NCBI GenBank assembly: GCA_963934165.1
Contig: CAWVXH010000004.1
Coordinates: 19,812 to 83,811, forward strand
Reading direction: 5' to 3'
Length of the DNA stretch: 64,000 bases
Source: an uncultured Candidatus Poseidoniales archaeon
GTDB lineage: Archaea; Thermoplasmatota; Poseidoniia; Poseidoniales; Thalassarchaeaceae
The notes beneath the pieces were generated by a model. It did no database searches. It was not told the DNA's origin and saw only the letters and a program-made list of their open reading frames with translations. A program made the position numbers and the translations under genes. Below, in pieces: positions 36,649-45,358 of this stretch (positions within the stretch are counted from its first letter, which is position 1; each line of letters starts with the position of its first letter).

Positions 36649-38220
36649 ATGGTCCGAATTATCACAAATAGAATGGGTCACAGTTATCGTGTATTAGAGC
36701 CCACTAAACTCTCTAAACCACCTGATGATTTGCAAATATCTCGGGCTCAAAAACCATGGAAGAGTTATTTTTCCCTACTAGGAAACACGATTTTGATGGC
36801 TCTAATTGTTCAATCATCAGCAACAATTCTAATTGGAATATTAGAATTTAATTCAGCGATTACTTTCGGTGGTGCGATTTGCACTTTACCATTACTTGCA
36901 TTATTATTATCAATGCATAAACCAAAATTGATTGAAGTTCGTCTAGTCACAGTCAACGAAAATGGGCTGTGTGCACATGCTCTACCCGAAGGCGGCTCAA
37001 TTATGACTCAAGAACCGAGTAATCTGCATCGATTTATTATTCGGGATGATTCAATATTGGACACCCCCCCATCTCGAAGAATTTGGCTAATTTTCACTAC
37101 TCTCCTAATCCTCGCTGCAATTTTTTCAGTGTTCGAAAATATTGGAGGTACAATAGGTCTCGTCGCATCCTATGTAGTAGGAATCCCTTTGGTGTTTGCA
37201 TTATTCTCGATTCCAGCATATGCATGGTTGGCTTCTTCTTCAAATTTAATTGGTATGCCAACTAGATTACGTGAGGCTGAATCGTGGCTTTTTGCTGGCA
37301 TGGCTGCTGGTTTACCTGCTATTTTGATTAATAGTTGGTTGACTCCAACTCTCACACCATCTGGGTGGTCAACTTCAACCGGAGAAATTTTGACGATTGT
37401 GTTGAGTGCTCCGATAGGTGAAGAATTCTTTAAAGCCGTTGCAGTTGCCTGTTTCTTGCCAATGATGAGAGGCCCAAAACATGGTTTTCAAATTGGATTT
37501 ACAGTAGGTTTAGGCTTTGCAATTTCAGAAAATTTACTCTATATTTCATCTGCTTTTGTGGCCGAAGGATTAGATGGATTATTGTTTACCTCGTTATTGC
37601 GTGGAATCGGTTCGATTCCTGGTCATGCGGTTTGGACTTCGATAAGTGGTACTGCGATAGGCTGGTGGGTGAGCGATTCTAAGAACCGGGCCCGTGTGTT
37701 GTTTTTCGTCAATCGGTTTTCATCAACTGCGATGGCCATAGTTGAGACGATGGGAATCGATGTAGATATGGATGGTGATTTTTCAGGTTATGATGGTCCT
37801 GAATATTCGATGATCGACGCTTTAGGTGAGGCAGAGGTGCCTATTTCTGAGTCGGATTGGACTATTTCTTCTGATGGAATCCCTTCAATTATTTCCTCAT
37901 TAATTCCCAAATCAAATCAACACGCACGTCCAGAAGGTTCGGTTACATATGAGAAAATAACTCTTGATATCGAACATTATCGCTCCGGGCGACAAATCCA
38001 GATGCCTAAATCCATTCTCATTGGATTGTTATTTGCAATATTAGGACATATGTCTTGGAACGGATTGCTAATTTTCTCGACTTTATTATTAGAAAAATTG
38101 CATGCTTCTGAATTATTGATTGGGGTGGTTTCAATAATTTTATTGCTATGCATGTTAATCTTAGTATTATTAATTGCAAAATATACGATGCGTGGAATTC
38201 AATCGATTGCTTTTCATTGA
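36649..38220 (+). CDS. Polytopic membrane protein with a PrsW-family protease core
   Basis: APIGEEFFKAVAV (EExxK-type motif), GFAISENLLY, GSIPGHAVWTSISGTAIG, and a final HMSWNG motif. Confidence 0.55.
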   Translation: MVRIITNRMGHSYRVLEPTKLSKPPDDLQISRAQKPWKSYFSLLGNTILMALIVQSSATILIGILEFNSAITFGGAICTLPLLALLLSMHKPKLIEVRLVTVNENGLCAHALPEGGSIMTQEPSNLHRFIIRDDSILDTPPSRRIWLIFTTLLILAAIFSVFENIGGTIGLVASYVVGIPLVFALFSIPAYAWLASSSNLIGMPTRLREAESWLFAGMAAGLPAILINSWLTPTLTPSGWSTSTGEILTIVLSAPIGEEFFKAVAVACFLPMMRGPKHGFQIGFTVGLGFAISENLLYISSAFVAEGLDGLLFTSLLRGIGSIPGHAVWTSISGTAIGWWVSDSKNRARVLFFVNRFSSTAMAIVETMGIDVDMDGDFSGYDGPEYSMIDALGEAEVPISESDWTISSDGIPSIISSLIPKSNQHARPEGSVTYEKITLDIEHYRSGRQIQMPKSILIGLLFAILGHMSWNGLLIFSTLLLEKLHASELLIGVVSIILLLCMLILVLLIAKYTMRGIQSIAFH

Positions 38221-38295
38221 ATAGTTGCTAAAAACGAATAGAGGTCAATTCCAGAGGGAACCCTTCATCACCCGCGCTTCTCGCAGGATAGTTCA

Positions 38296-39042
38296 GTGTT
38301 CACTATAGTTCTTGGCGAAGACCAATTTATTTCGCTGATTTTAGTTGCATTTCTACTCTTAGCTTCTCGTGTGAAGGATATGCTAGATATGAGCGGGCTA
38401 ATCGCTGCTACGATAGTTGGCTTGGTGGTTTCCTTACTCGGCCACTGGACCTGGTTAGTCACTTTGATGTCTTTCCTAATCATAGGTTCTACCGCGACAA
38501 AATGGCGATATGAAGAGAAGTTGCAATTGTCCTTAAATGAGGCTAATGAAGGTATTCGCAGTTGGAAAAATGTCATGGCTAATGGTGGCGCCGTGACGCT
38601 TTTGGCAATATATAATGCATATTCTGGTGGTTATGATTGGATGTATTTAGCTGCCGTTTCGAGTATCGCAGTCGCTTCGTCCGATACACTCGCATCAGAA
38701 ATAGGCTCACTCGATCACCGAACTAGGAGCATAACCACTCTAGAGGCAGTTCCCGCTGGAACCAATGGGGGGATGTCACCTACTGGGACAATAGCCGCAG
38801 CCGCAGGTGCCATTTTCATTGCGACAGTCGGCATTGCATTATTCCCATTCTCAAACCATGTTATTGCGATGCCTATTTTTTTCTTTTTCACCGCCTCGAT
38901 TGGTTGGCTTGGCTGCCAAGTCGATTCTATCCTCGGTGCACTCCTTGAGAATCGAGGATACCTTGGAAAACATAGCGTAAACTTCCTTGCAACACTATCT
39001 GGTGTGGTTATGGCAGTCATTTTTTACAATAATTTACTATGA
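38296..39042 (+). CDS. DUF92/TMEM19-family integral membrane protein
   Basis: GTG start. RSWKNVMANGG and ASSDTLASEIG motifs match the DUF92 family as I recall it. Confidence 0.65.
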   Translation: MFTIVLGEDQFISLILVAFLLLASRVKDMLDMSGLIAATIVGLVVSLLGHWTWLVTLMSFLIIGSTATKWRYEEKLQLSLNEANEGIRSWKNVMANGGAVTLLAIYNAYSGGYDWMYLAAVSSIAVASSDTLASEIGSLDHRTRSITTLEAVPAGTNGGMSPTGTIAAAAGAIFIATVGIALFPFSNHVIAMPIFFFFTASIGWLGCQVDSILGALLENRGYLGKHSVNFLATLSGVVMAVIFYNNLL

Positions 39043-39048
39043 GCGTAG

Positions 39049-41418
39049 TTGCGAGGGGTTTGTGTACACTCGAATGAGGCAACCAAAATGATGGGGGACC
39101 GCGGAACTCAGTTTAGGGCGATTTCCTTCGCCCTCATTTTGGTTGGGTTGAGCCTAGCAAGTACTGTCATCGCTCAGCGAAACGCACCTGATGGACCCGG
39201 GGTGGAGTGGGAACTTCCGCAGAGTAATATGCTTTTTTTGAAGGGCGATTCCAGCTCACCTTTCTTAGATCGGAATTGGAGCGTCTTGACGGGTGAACCT
39301 TTGGGTGAAGCTCAATTTCAGAAAACTTTAGGCTATCAAAATTTAATCAATATTCAGTCTGCACCATTAGTCGAAGCGGCTCGATTCGAAGGAAATATTA
39401 CAGTTCATCTCTTCGCTGCATTAGAGACATCAAATGATGGTTGTAGATTCACAAATCCGGTTCCCGGTTCTCCTCTAGGCGCGACGACAACATTCTCCGT
39501 GTCACTTACCTTGGGTGGAGTCCAAGTTCTGACAAATGCAGAAACAGAATCAGTTGTTATGACTGAATCATTTACCGTTGCTCATGAATTCACCGTTCGA
39601 GCCACAGATGTAAACGCCAGCTTAGGGCCTGGTGATTTGGTAGGGTTGAAAATTGATGTTAGTCATGATTGCCTTCAGAGTGGAGTTCTCTATTGGGACA
39701 CTTACGATGCTCTGACCGGAATCGAGTTCGAAGGGAATCTTCTCGAACCCGAACTCGATAATGCAATAGATTCAAACGGTATGATTAGGATTGAATTCAC
39801 TCCAATTTCTCCTTGGGGTGGTGATGATTATGTCTGGCAGGTTCTGGAAATTATTGGACCGATGGACTATGCTCAAATGATCCATGGGAACGCACCTGAA
39901 GATTTACGTCTCGATCATTTCGAATCTCCTCATGGAACTCGAATCGGAGATGCGAACAGAACGGTGTTAACTTGGTCTGCAGACAAACCATTGGCACCAG
40001 GGACCTACATGGTCGATGCTTGTTTTGCACTTTCCGACCATAATCCAAGTGAGCCTTGTGATGCTTATGCAGTGATGCGATTTGAGGTTCCTGAACCTCA
40101 ATCAGCCTTACTAAATGGGTTATGGGCAGCAATTTTAATTCCACTAGCAATAATTGGGTGGATAGGCATTTCCATGCGGGATGCGATGTTACCATTACCT
40201 GCATACGGTGTAATTTTACTGTTAGCGATTGCAACATTAGGTCCAGCGCTTTACCTGCCAGATATTGAAATAGATTCTCCTCGAACCGATGGCGCGGCGC
40301 CGTCATTTGCACTTCTTTCACATGGTGAATCTGCTGAGATGATCACTCTTACCGATTTGATTAGCGATTCGGATGCAATCGTTGTTGGTTTATTCTCTCC
40401 GAGTTCACCAAATGCCGAACGCCAACGTAGTGATTTCCAAGCTGCATTGTTGATGATGGAAAGCAACATTAAATTTCTTCAAATCGCCACTGGTGAAGGC
40501 GTTCGCGCAGTTGATCTTGACAATTTAGCCGAAGCGGTCAACGAGAGTTGGCCAATATTGATGGATGAAGCGGATTCAAGCGTTGGAAAAGCCTTCCCTA
40601 GTGGTGCAAGTGATGCTGTAATCATCATCGATTCAGCGGGTTTTATCTCAGAATGGCGTCCTGGGACAATGTCAGCCCAAGAGATTCTTGACGCAGCGGA
40701 TAACGCTGCGAAAGGCTCTGGAAATAATCCGATAAAACTCCTCTCCTTAATTACTACAACTGCATTTTTACCTCTCATAATTCTCTCGATGCCCCGAGAA
40801 AGAAAATTCGAAATCCCTACCGAACCTTTGATTCCCGGCTCTGGCAGTGCGTTGACAATTGCAGCTTCAGGTCTCGGTTTCGCATTCTGGGCATTACCAA
40901 TATCTCTCCTTGCTGCTCTGGGGCTTGGCGCCTATTGGATTTGGATTGAAGTCATTCTCTCAATCATTCTAATTTACCACGGTGTGTCAATGTTAACACG
41001 AGGGTCGCTTAAGGAAATTGAGATAATTGGGGAATGGGCATATGGGAAAATACCCGAAAATTACCAAAATTGGCGTTCAAAATCGAGTTTTATCGATGAT
41101 GTTCACCTCGGGCTTTGGGTCGCATGGCTTGTCTGGCTAAGAATTCCTAACTTGATTCCACAAGGGGTCGGCTCACTCGCACGTTCAGGATTAGTTGGTA
41201 TTCCCCTATCATTGATTATGCTTGCCGGATTTGTTTTTGTCGCCGGTTTGTTAGTGGTTTTCTCGAGAATTATTGTACTTCTTCCTGGTAAGTTATCGAG
41301 ACTTCTGGGGTCAGTCAGCGTTGGTCTAAGGCCTCGAGCATGGGGTTTAGCCTCATGCATTCTAGGTGCTTGGATTCTGATTAGCCTAATACTTGGGCCT
41401 ATCCAAGGTTCGATGTAA
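39049..41418 (+). CDS. Large membrane protein: extracytoplasmic N-domain, thioredoxin-fold (TlpA-like) domain lacking CxxC, multiple TM segments
   Basis: Signal/anchor FALILVGLSLASTVIA. The TlpA-like stretch VVGLFSPSSPNAERQ...PILMDEADSSVGKAFPSGASDAVIIIDSAGFISEW is followed by a C-terminal hydrophobic region. The likely start is MMGDRG at 39088. Confidence 0.55.
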   Translation: MRGVCVHSNEATKMMGDRGTQFRAISFALILVGLSLASTVIAQRNAPDGPGVEWELPQSNMLFLKGDSSSPFLDRNWSVLTGEPLGEAQFQKTLGYQNLINIQSAPLVEAARFEGNITVHLFAALETSNDGCRFTNPVPGSPLGATTTFSVSLTLGGVQVLTNAETESVVMTESFTVAHEFTVRATDVNASLGPGDLVGLKIDVSHDCLQSGVLYWDTYDALTGIEFEGNLLEPELDNAIDSNGMIRIEFTPISPWGGDDYVWQVLEIIGPMDYAQMIHGNAPEDLRLDHFESPHGTRIGDANRTVLTWSADKPLAPGTYMVDACFALSDHNPSEPCDAYAVMRFEVPEPQSALLNGLWAAILIPLAIIGWIGISMRDAMLPLPAYGVILLLAIATLGPALYLPDIEIDSPRTDGAAPSFALLSHGESAEMITLTDLISDSDAIVVGLFSPSSPNAERQRSDFQAALLMMESNIKFLQIATGEGVRAVDLDNLAEAVNESWPILMDEADSSVGKAFPSGASDAVIIIDSAGFISEWRPGTMSAQEILDAADNAAKGSGNNPIKLLSLITTTAFLPLIILSMPRERKFEIPTEPLIPGSGSALTIAASGLGFAFWALPISLLAALGLGAYWIWIEVILSIILIYHGVSMLTRGSLKEIEIIGEWAYGKIPENYQNWRSKSSFIDDVHLGLWVAWLVWLRIPNLIPQGVGSLARSGLVGIPLSLIMLAGFVFVAGLLVVFSRIIVLLPGKLSRLLGSVSVGLRPRAWGLASCILGAWILISLILGPIQGSM

Positions 41419-41490
41419 TTATTGTTTACCAACGGTGTCCATTCAACCGTGATGATGATAAGAAGAAGGTCTCTCGTCCAGCATACCCTT

Positions 41491-41681
41491 GGGGGTATAG
41501 TATAACTTGGTAGTACAGCGGGCTCCAGTTGCACGGGAATGACGACGAAATTGTGATCTGATAGGTTTTTGATGACCAACTGGAGCACTGACCCGTCGCG
41601 ACCCGAGAGCGTGCCGAAACTAAGAACACGCTAGGCGGAAGATACCCGCTGATCTGGGTTCAAATCCCAGTGCCCCCACCA
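41491..41681 (+). tRNA. tRNA-Trp (anticodon CCA) with a ~115-nt intron at the canonical 37/38 position, CCA encoded
   Basis: 5' exon: GGGGGTA TA GTAT AACTTGGTA GTAC A GCGGG CTCCAG. 3' exon: A CCCGC TGAT CTGGG TTCAAAT CCCAG TGCCCCC A CCA. Acceptor, D, anticodon and T stems all pair. The intron spans about 41529-41643. Confidence 0.85.
41533..41596 (+). ncRNA. Box C/D sRNA embedded in the tRNA-Trp intron
   Basis: The terminal stem ACGGG/CCCGT flanks box C AUGACGA (41539-45), a 12-nt guide, box D' CUGA (41558-61), box C' UGAUGA (41570-75), a 12-nt guide CCAACUGGAGCA, and box D CUGA (41588-91). Confidence 0.75.
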
Positions 41682-41774
41682 TATTATTGAATCAGATTAT
41701 ATCTTTGAAATGGTTAATTGAATATGCTCCTGAATCGGTTGGGTTGAAGGACTAGATGTTTGCGGAATCAATTG

Positions 41775-43883
41775 ATGAGCACGAAGTCGATCGCTGTTTT
41801 CCTCGTTGCGATTCTAGCAATTCCGCTGGTTGGAAGCTTAGGTTCTTCATCGGAACAGGGGATTTCGATTGATATCAGCCTTATTGCTGATGGGCAGACA
41901 ACTCAAATTCCTAGTCAGGATGAGATATGGTGGGATCCTTCAATCGATTGGTGGGAAGTGACCACGCTGGATTCGGATCGAAATGGAATTCATGATTCTC
42001 TACAATCCGCGATTGGCAGAGTAAATGTTGTTCTTTCTTATACACGGGATGTCACGCAATTCGATATTGATGTTCTTGCCGCACTCGGTTATGATATTCA
42101 TCAAGAACTGCCGAGTGTCGATGCGCTTCTGATAGGTGATATTGATGCATCGCAAATTTGGCAACTTGCTGAGATTGATGGAATCATCATGGTCGAGCGA
42201 TACGGCTCGCTTGTTTTCTATGGCAATGTTCAAACTTTGACTGTGAAGGCAAGAAATTCTACTGAATATCCAGTTGGAGCTTGGAATTTAGGAGTTTCAG
42301 GGGCCGGTGTAAACATCGCGTTGACCGATACTGGTGTCGACAACGAGCATCCTGGTTTGTCGGGAAAATTCGTCGCAGGTTATGATGCTGTTTGTTACAT
42401 CACTTCTGATCCAACATGCATCCTTGCCGGAGGCCGGCAGGATGATGGTTCATTCGACCCCGACGATGGTAATCAGCATGGGACAGCCTGCATGGGAATG
42501 GCAAGTGCTACCGGAATTGAAGCAGATGGTTCTCAATCTGAATTTTATGGAGCAGCACCGAACGCTTCTCTTATCGATGTCAGAATCGGTACTGATGTTG
42601 GCGCAGGACCGTTCGAAAATTATGTTCTTGAACAAGAATTTTATGAGTCCGCTCTGAACGGTTTGCAATGGGTTATTGATCACAAAGACGATGCTTGGCC
42701 AGGGGTTGGCGAGGAAAATTATGGAATTGACATTATTTCTCTTTCATGGGGAATTACAAGCCATGAGAACGGTGGTTCAGATGGTTCCGATGCACACAGC
42801 CGAATGCTCGATGCAGCGATGGATGCTGGTGTCACTGTCTCCAATGCTGCTGGAAATGATGGCGAGGATAATGATGGCCTTTCTGGAATGAGTTCCTCTT
42901 CACTTTCGATAACCGTGGCTGCAACTGATGACCAAAATACCGTCGACCGTTCCGATGATACGATTGCAGGTTATTCTTCACGCGGCCCTCGACGAGATAA
43001 TGGCGATGGGAACCCATTGAATGAGTTGATTCCTGAGGTTAGCGCACCCGGATCGAATATCATTCAAGCAGAAGGATGCGTGACAAGTGGCGGCTGCAAT
43101 AACAATATCCCGGGTCAAGATGCTTCTGGCAATACGTATACTGGCCGGGGTTCTGGTACTTCCTATGCGACACCTTCTGTCAGCGGAGTTATCGCACTGT
43201 TAATTGACGCGAATGCGAATTTGACACCGCTGCAAATTAAAGAAGTTCTGAAGCAAACAGCGGAGCGCCGCGGTGAAGCGAGCATACCTGATGTTGATCC
43301 ATATTGGAACCGTGAATTCGGTTATGGTATGGTCGACGCCTATGAAGCGGTCCGACTAGCATTATTCCTCAGTGAAACCGATCAAACAACATCCATTGAT
43401 CCAAATCTACAGAATCATTTGTTGAATGTTTCAACCAATGGTTCAATCGAAATCAGTGGTCATGCATGGGGTCAATCCGGTGATGTTGAGAGGGTAGAAT
43501 ATCGGATTGATAATGGAGAATGGCGACAAGCGTTTTACAATGAATCTCAGTTAACGGTAGGTGGACTCACTCCATTCGATTGGTTTGTTAATTTAGATGC
43601 AAGTAAACTCCTCTCGGGAAATCATTCTGTCGAAATTCGTGCCGCCTCGAGTGACATGCAATCTCTGCCGATTATCGTTCAAGTACAAGGAAAAGATTCC
43701 GGGCTGTCTAAAGTATCTATACCTCCCTTCGTTTTCGCTCTTGTGGCGCTAGTAGGAATTACTTGGATATCTGCTCTAGTCTTAATTAGAGTTCGTTCAG
43801 ATGATGAAATTGATGAGATGATAACTAATTTGCGAAAAGATTCTGAAATCGATAATATTATCGAAGCCGAACTATTGGATTAA
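41775..43883 (+). CDS. Subtilisin-family (S8) serine protease with signal peptide and C-terminal TM anchor
   Basis: Catalytic triad contexts LTDTGVDNEHPGL (Asp), GNQHGTACMGMAS (His) and GSGTSYATPSVSGVIALL (Ser). C-terminal hydrophobic segment FVFALVALVGITWISALVLI. Confidence 0.85.
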   Translation: MSTKSIAVFLVAILAIPLVGSLGSSSEQGISIDISLIADGQTTQIPSQDEIWWDPSIDWWEVTTLDSDRNGIHDSLQSAIGRVNVVLSYTRDVTQFDIDVLAALGYDIHQELPSVDALLIGDIDASQIWQLAEIDGIIMVERYGSLVFYGNVQTLTVKARNSTEYPVGAWNLGVSGAGVNIALTDTGVDNEHPGLSGKFVAGYDAVCYITSDPTCILAGGRQDDGSFDPDDGNQHGTACMGMASATGIEADGSQSEFYGAAPNASLIDVRIGTDVGAGPFENYVLEQEFYESALNGLQWVIDHKDDAWPGVGEENYGIDIISLSWGITSHENGGSDGSDAHSRMLDAAMDAGVTVSNAAGNDGEDNDGLSGMSSSSLSITVAATDDQNTVDRSDDTIAGYSSRGPRRDNGDGNPLNELIPEVSAPGSNIIQAEGCVTSGGCNNNIPGQDASGNTYTGRGSGTSYATPSVSGVIALLIDANANLTPLQIKEVLKQTAERRGEASIPDVDPYWNREFGYGMVDAYEAVRLALFLSETDQTTSIDPNLQNHLLNVSTNGSIEISGHAWGQSGDVERVEYRIDNGEWRQAFYNESQLTVGGLTPFDWFVNLDASKLLSGNHSVEIRAASSDMQSLPIIVQVQGKDSGLSKVSIPPFVFALVALVGITWISALVLIRVRSDDEIDEMITNLRKDSEIDNIIEAELLD

Positions 43884-43966
43884 TGTTGAATCAAATAGTC
43901 CATTTTCACCGTTTCTAATGAATTCGGTACATATATTTCATATCTTGTTGCAGATGTCAGCGAGAT

Positions 43967-45115
43967 ATGGTGCGTTTCTCTGACCGAGCGATTAGCATAC
44001 GACCAACCGGTGTTCGTCGTATGTTTGACTTAGCTGGAGATGACTCAATTCAGTTTGGATTGGGTGAACCTGATTTTCAACCTCCGCCTGTTGCCATCGA
44101 AGCTTTTTCTAGGGCAATGAACGAAGGTCGTAACAAATATACGACTACTGCTGGTTTACCTCCTCTTCGCCAAAAAATAGCAGAAAACATGCATCATCTC
44201 GATCCAAATCTCGATAAATCGAATGTCTGCATCACTATGAGTGGCACCAATGGACTTCTCGACATTTTTCTCGCTTTGGTAAATCCAGGCGATAATGTCT
44301 TGCTACCTGAACCGTATTTCCCGTTATATCCAACCGATGTGGTGATATGTGGCGGAGAAGCTAACATGTATCCTTGCACTTTTGAGAATGATTTTGTTCC
44401 GACAATTTCCGATCTGGAATCAAGGGTTGACGAAAACACCGTGGCAATCCTCTATAATTTCCCTAGTAATCCTACGGGTGGCAATGTTACCGAAGTTCAA
44501 CGTGATGAATTAGTAAGTTTTGCCCGTGATAATGATTTATGGTTAATCACCGATGAGGTCTATGACCGAATAGTCTACGATCAAGAACATGTTTCTTTCT
44601 TAGGTGCGGGCTATGATAAAGTCATTATGATTAATTCATTTTCTAAAACTTTTGCGATGACCGGCTGGAGAATTGGATACCTTCTTTCTCCTGATGATGA
44701 AGCGATGGCACAATTAACAAAAATGCAGTATTATGTCACAGCTTGTAGTAATGATGCGATGCAATACGCTGTGCTAGAAGCATTAGAACATGCTAGCGAT
44801 TACCCAGCCAAAATGCGCGATGAATTCCAGGCGCGACGAGATTTAATCTGTGAGCGCCTAAACGCGATAGAAGGTGTATCTTGCCATGTTCCAACGGGAG
44901 CATTCTATGTATTTCCTAAATTCGACATTCCGGGAGTGACCAGTGAGGAATTGGCAATAGCTCTCCTTGAAGGTGGCGTACTATGCAGCCCTGGGACTGC
45001 TTTCGGACCTGCGGGAGAAGGTCACTTACGATTTGCATATACAACCGGTCGAGAAAATATTTCTCTTGGGATGGATCGTGTCGAGATTGTTCTGAACAAA
45101 TTACGTGGAGACTGA
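43967..45115 (+). CDS. Class I/II pyridoxal-phosphate aminotransferase (aspartate aminotransferase-like)
   Basis: NFPSNPTG and NSFSKTFAMTGWRIGY (PLP lysine motif). 382 aa. Confidence 0.9.
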   Translation: MVRFSDRAISIRPTGVRRMFDLAGDDSIQFGLGEPDFQPPPVAIEAFSRAMNEGRNKYTTTAGLPPLRQKIAENMHHLDPNLDKSNVCITMSGTNGLLDIFLALVNPGDNVLLPEPYFPLYPTDVVICGGEANMYPCTFENDFVPTISDLESRVDENTVAILYNFPSNPTGGNVTEVQRDELVSFARDNDLWLITDEVYDRIVYDQEHVSFLGAGYDKVIMINSFSKTFAMTGWRIGYLLSPDDEAMAQLTKMQYYVTACSNDAMQYAVLEALEHASDYPAKMRDEFQARRDLICERLNAIEGVSCHVPTGAFYVFPKFDIPGVTSEELAIALLEGGVLCSPGTAFGPAGEGHLRFAYTTGRENISLGMDRVEIVLNKLRGD

Positions 45116-45124
45116 GGAATTCGA

Positions 45125-45358
45125 ATGACTCCTCTTTCCGCTTACACATTTGGGGGAATGGCATTATTTTCTTGCTGGTTTTTACTGAAGGACAAAGATA
45201 TTCGGTACGCTCTGGGAATTCTCTTTCTATCGGGAATCGGTTTGTACATTTATGGCCCAAACTCTGTGCTATTCGGGACTTTTCTGAGTTCAGGTTGGAT
45301 CGCTCTCAACCAAGTTGTTTTCAAGGTGGAAATCGTAAAACCTTTAATCATCGAATAG
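45125..45358 (+). CDS. Hypothetical small membrane protein
   Basis: 77-aa ORF with two or three hydrophobic segments, 9 nt downstream of the aminotransferase stop. Confidence 0.35.
   Translation: MTPLSAYTFGGMALFSCWFLLKDKDIRYALGILFLSGIGLYIYGPNSVLFGTFLSSGWIALNQVVFKVEIVKPLIIE

Noticed and set aside
41103-41629. ORFs 41103..41588 (-) and 41426..41629 (-), listed as 161 aa and 67 aa
   Set aside because: They run antisense across the 3' end of a long + strand gene and across the tRNA-Trp exons and the intron C/D sRNA. The RNA gene explains this sequence, and the products have no protein-like features.
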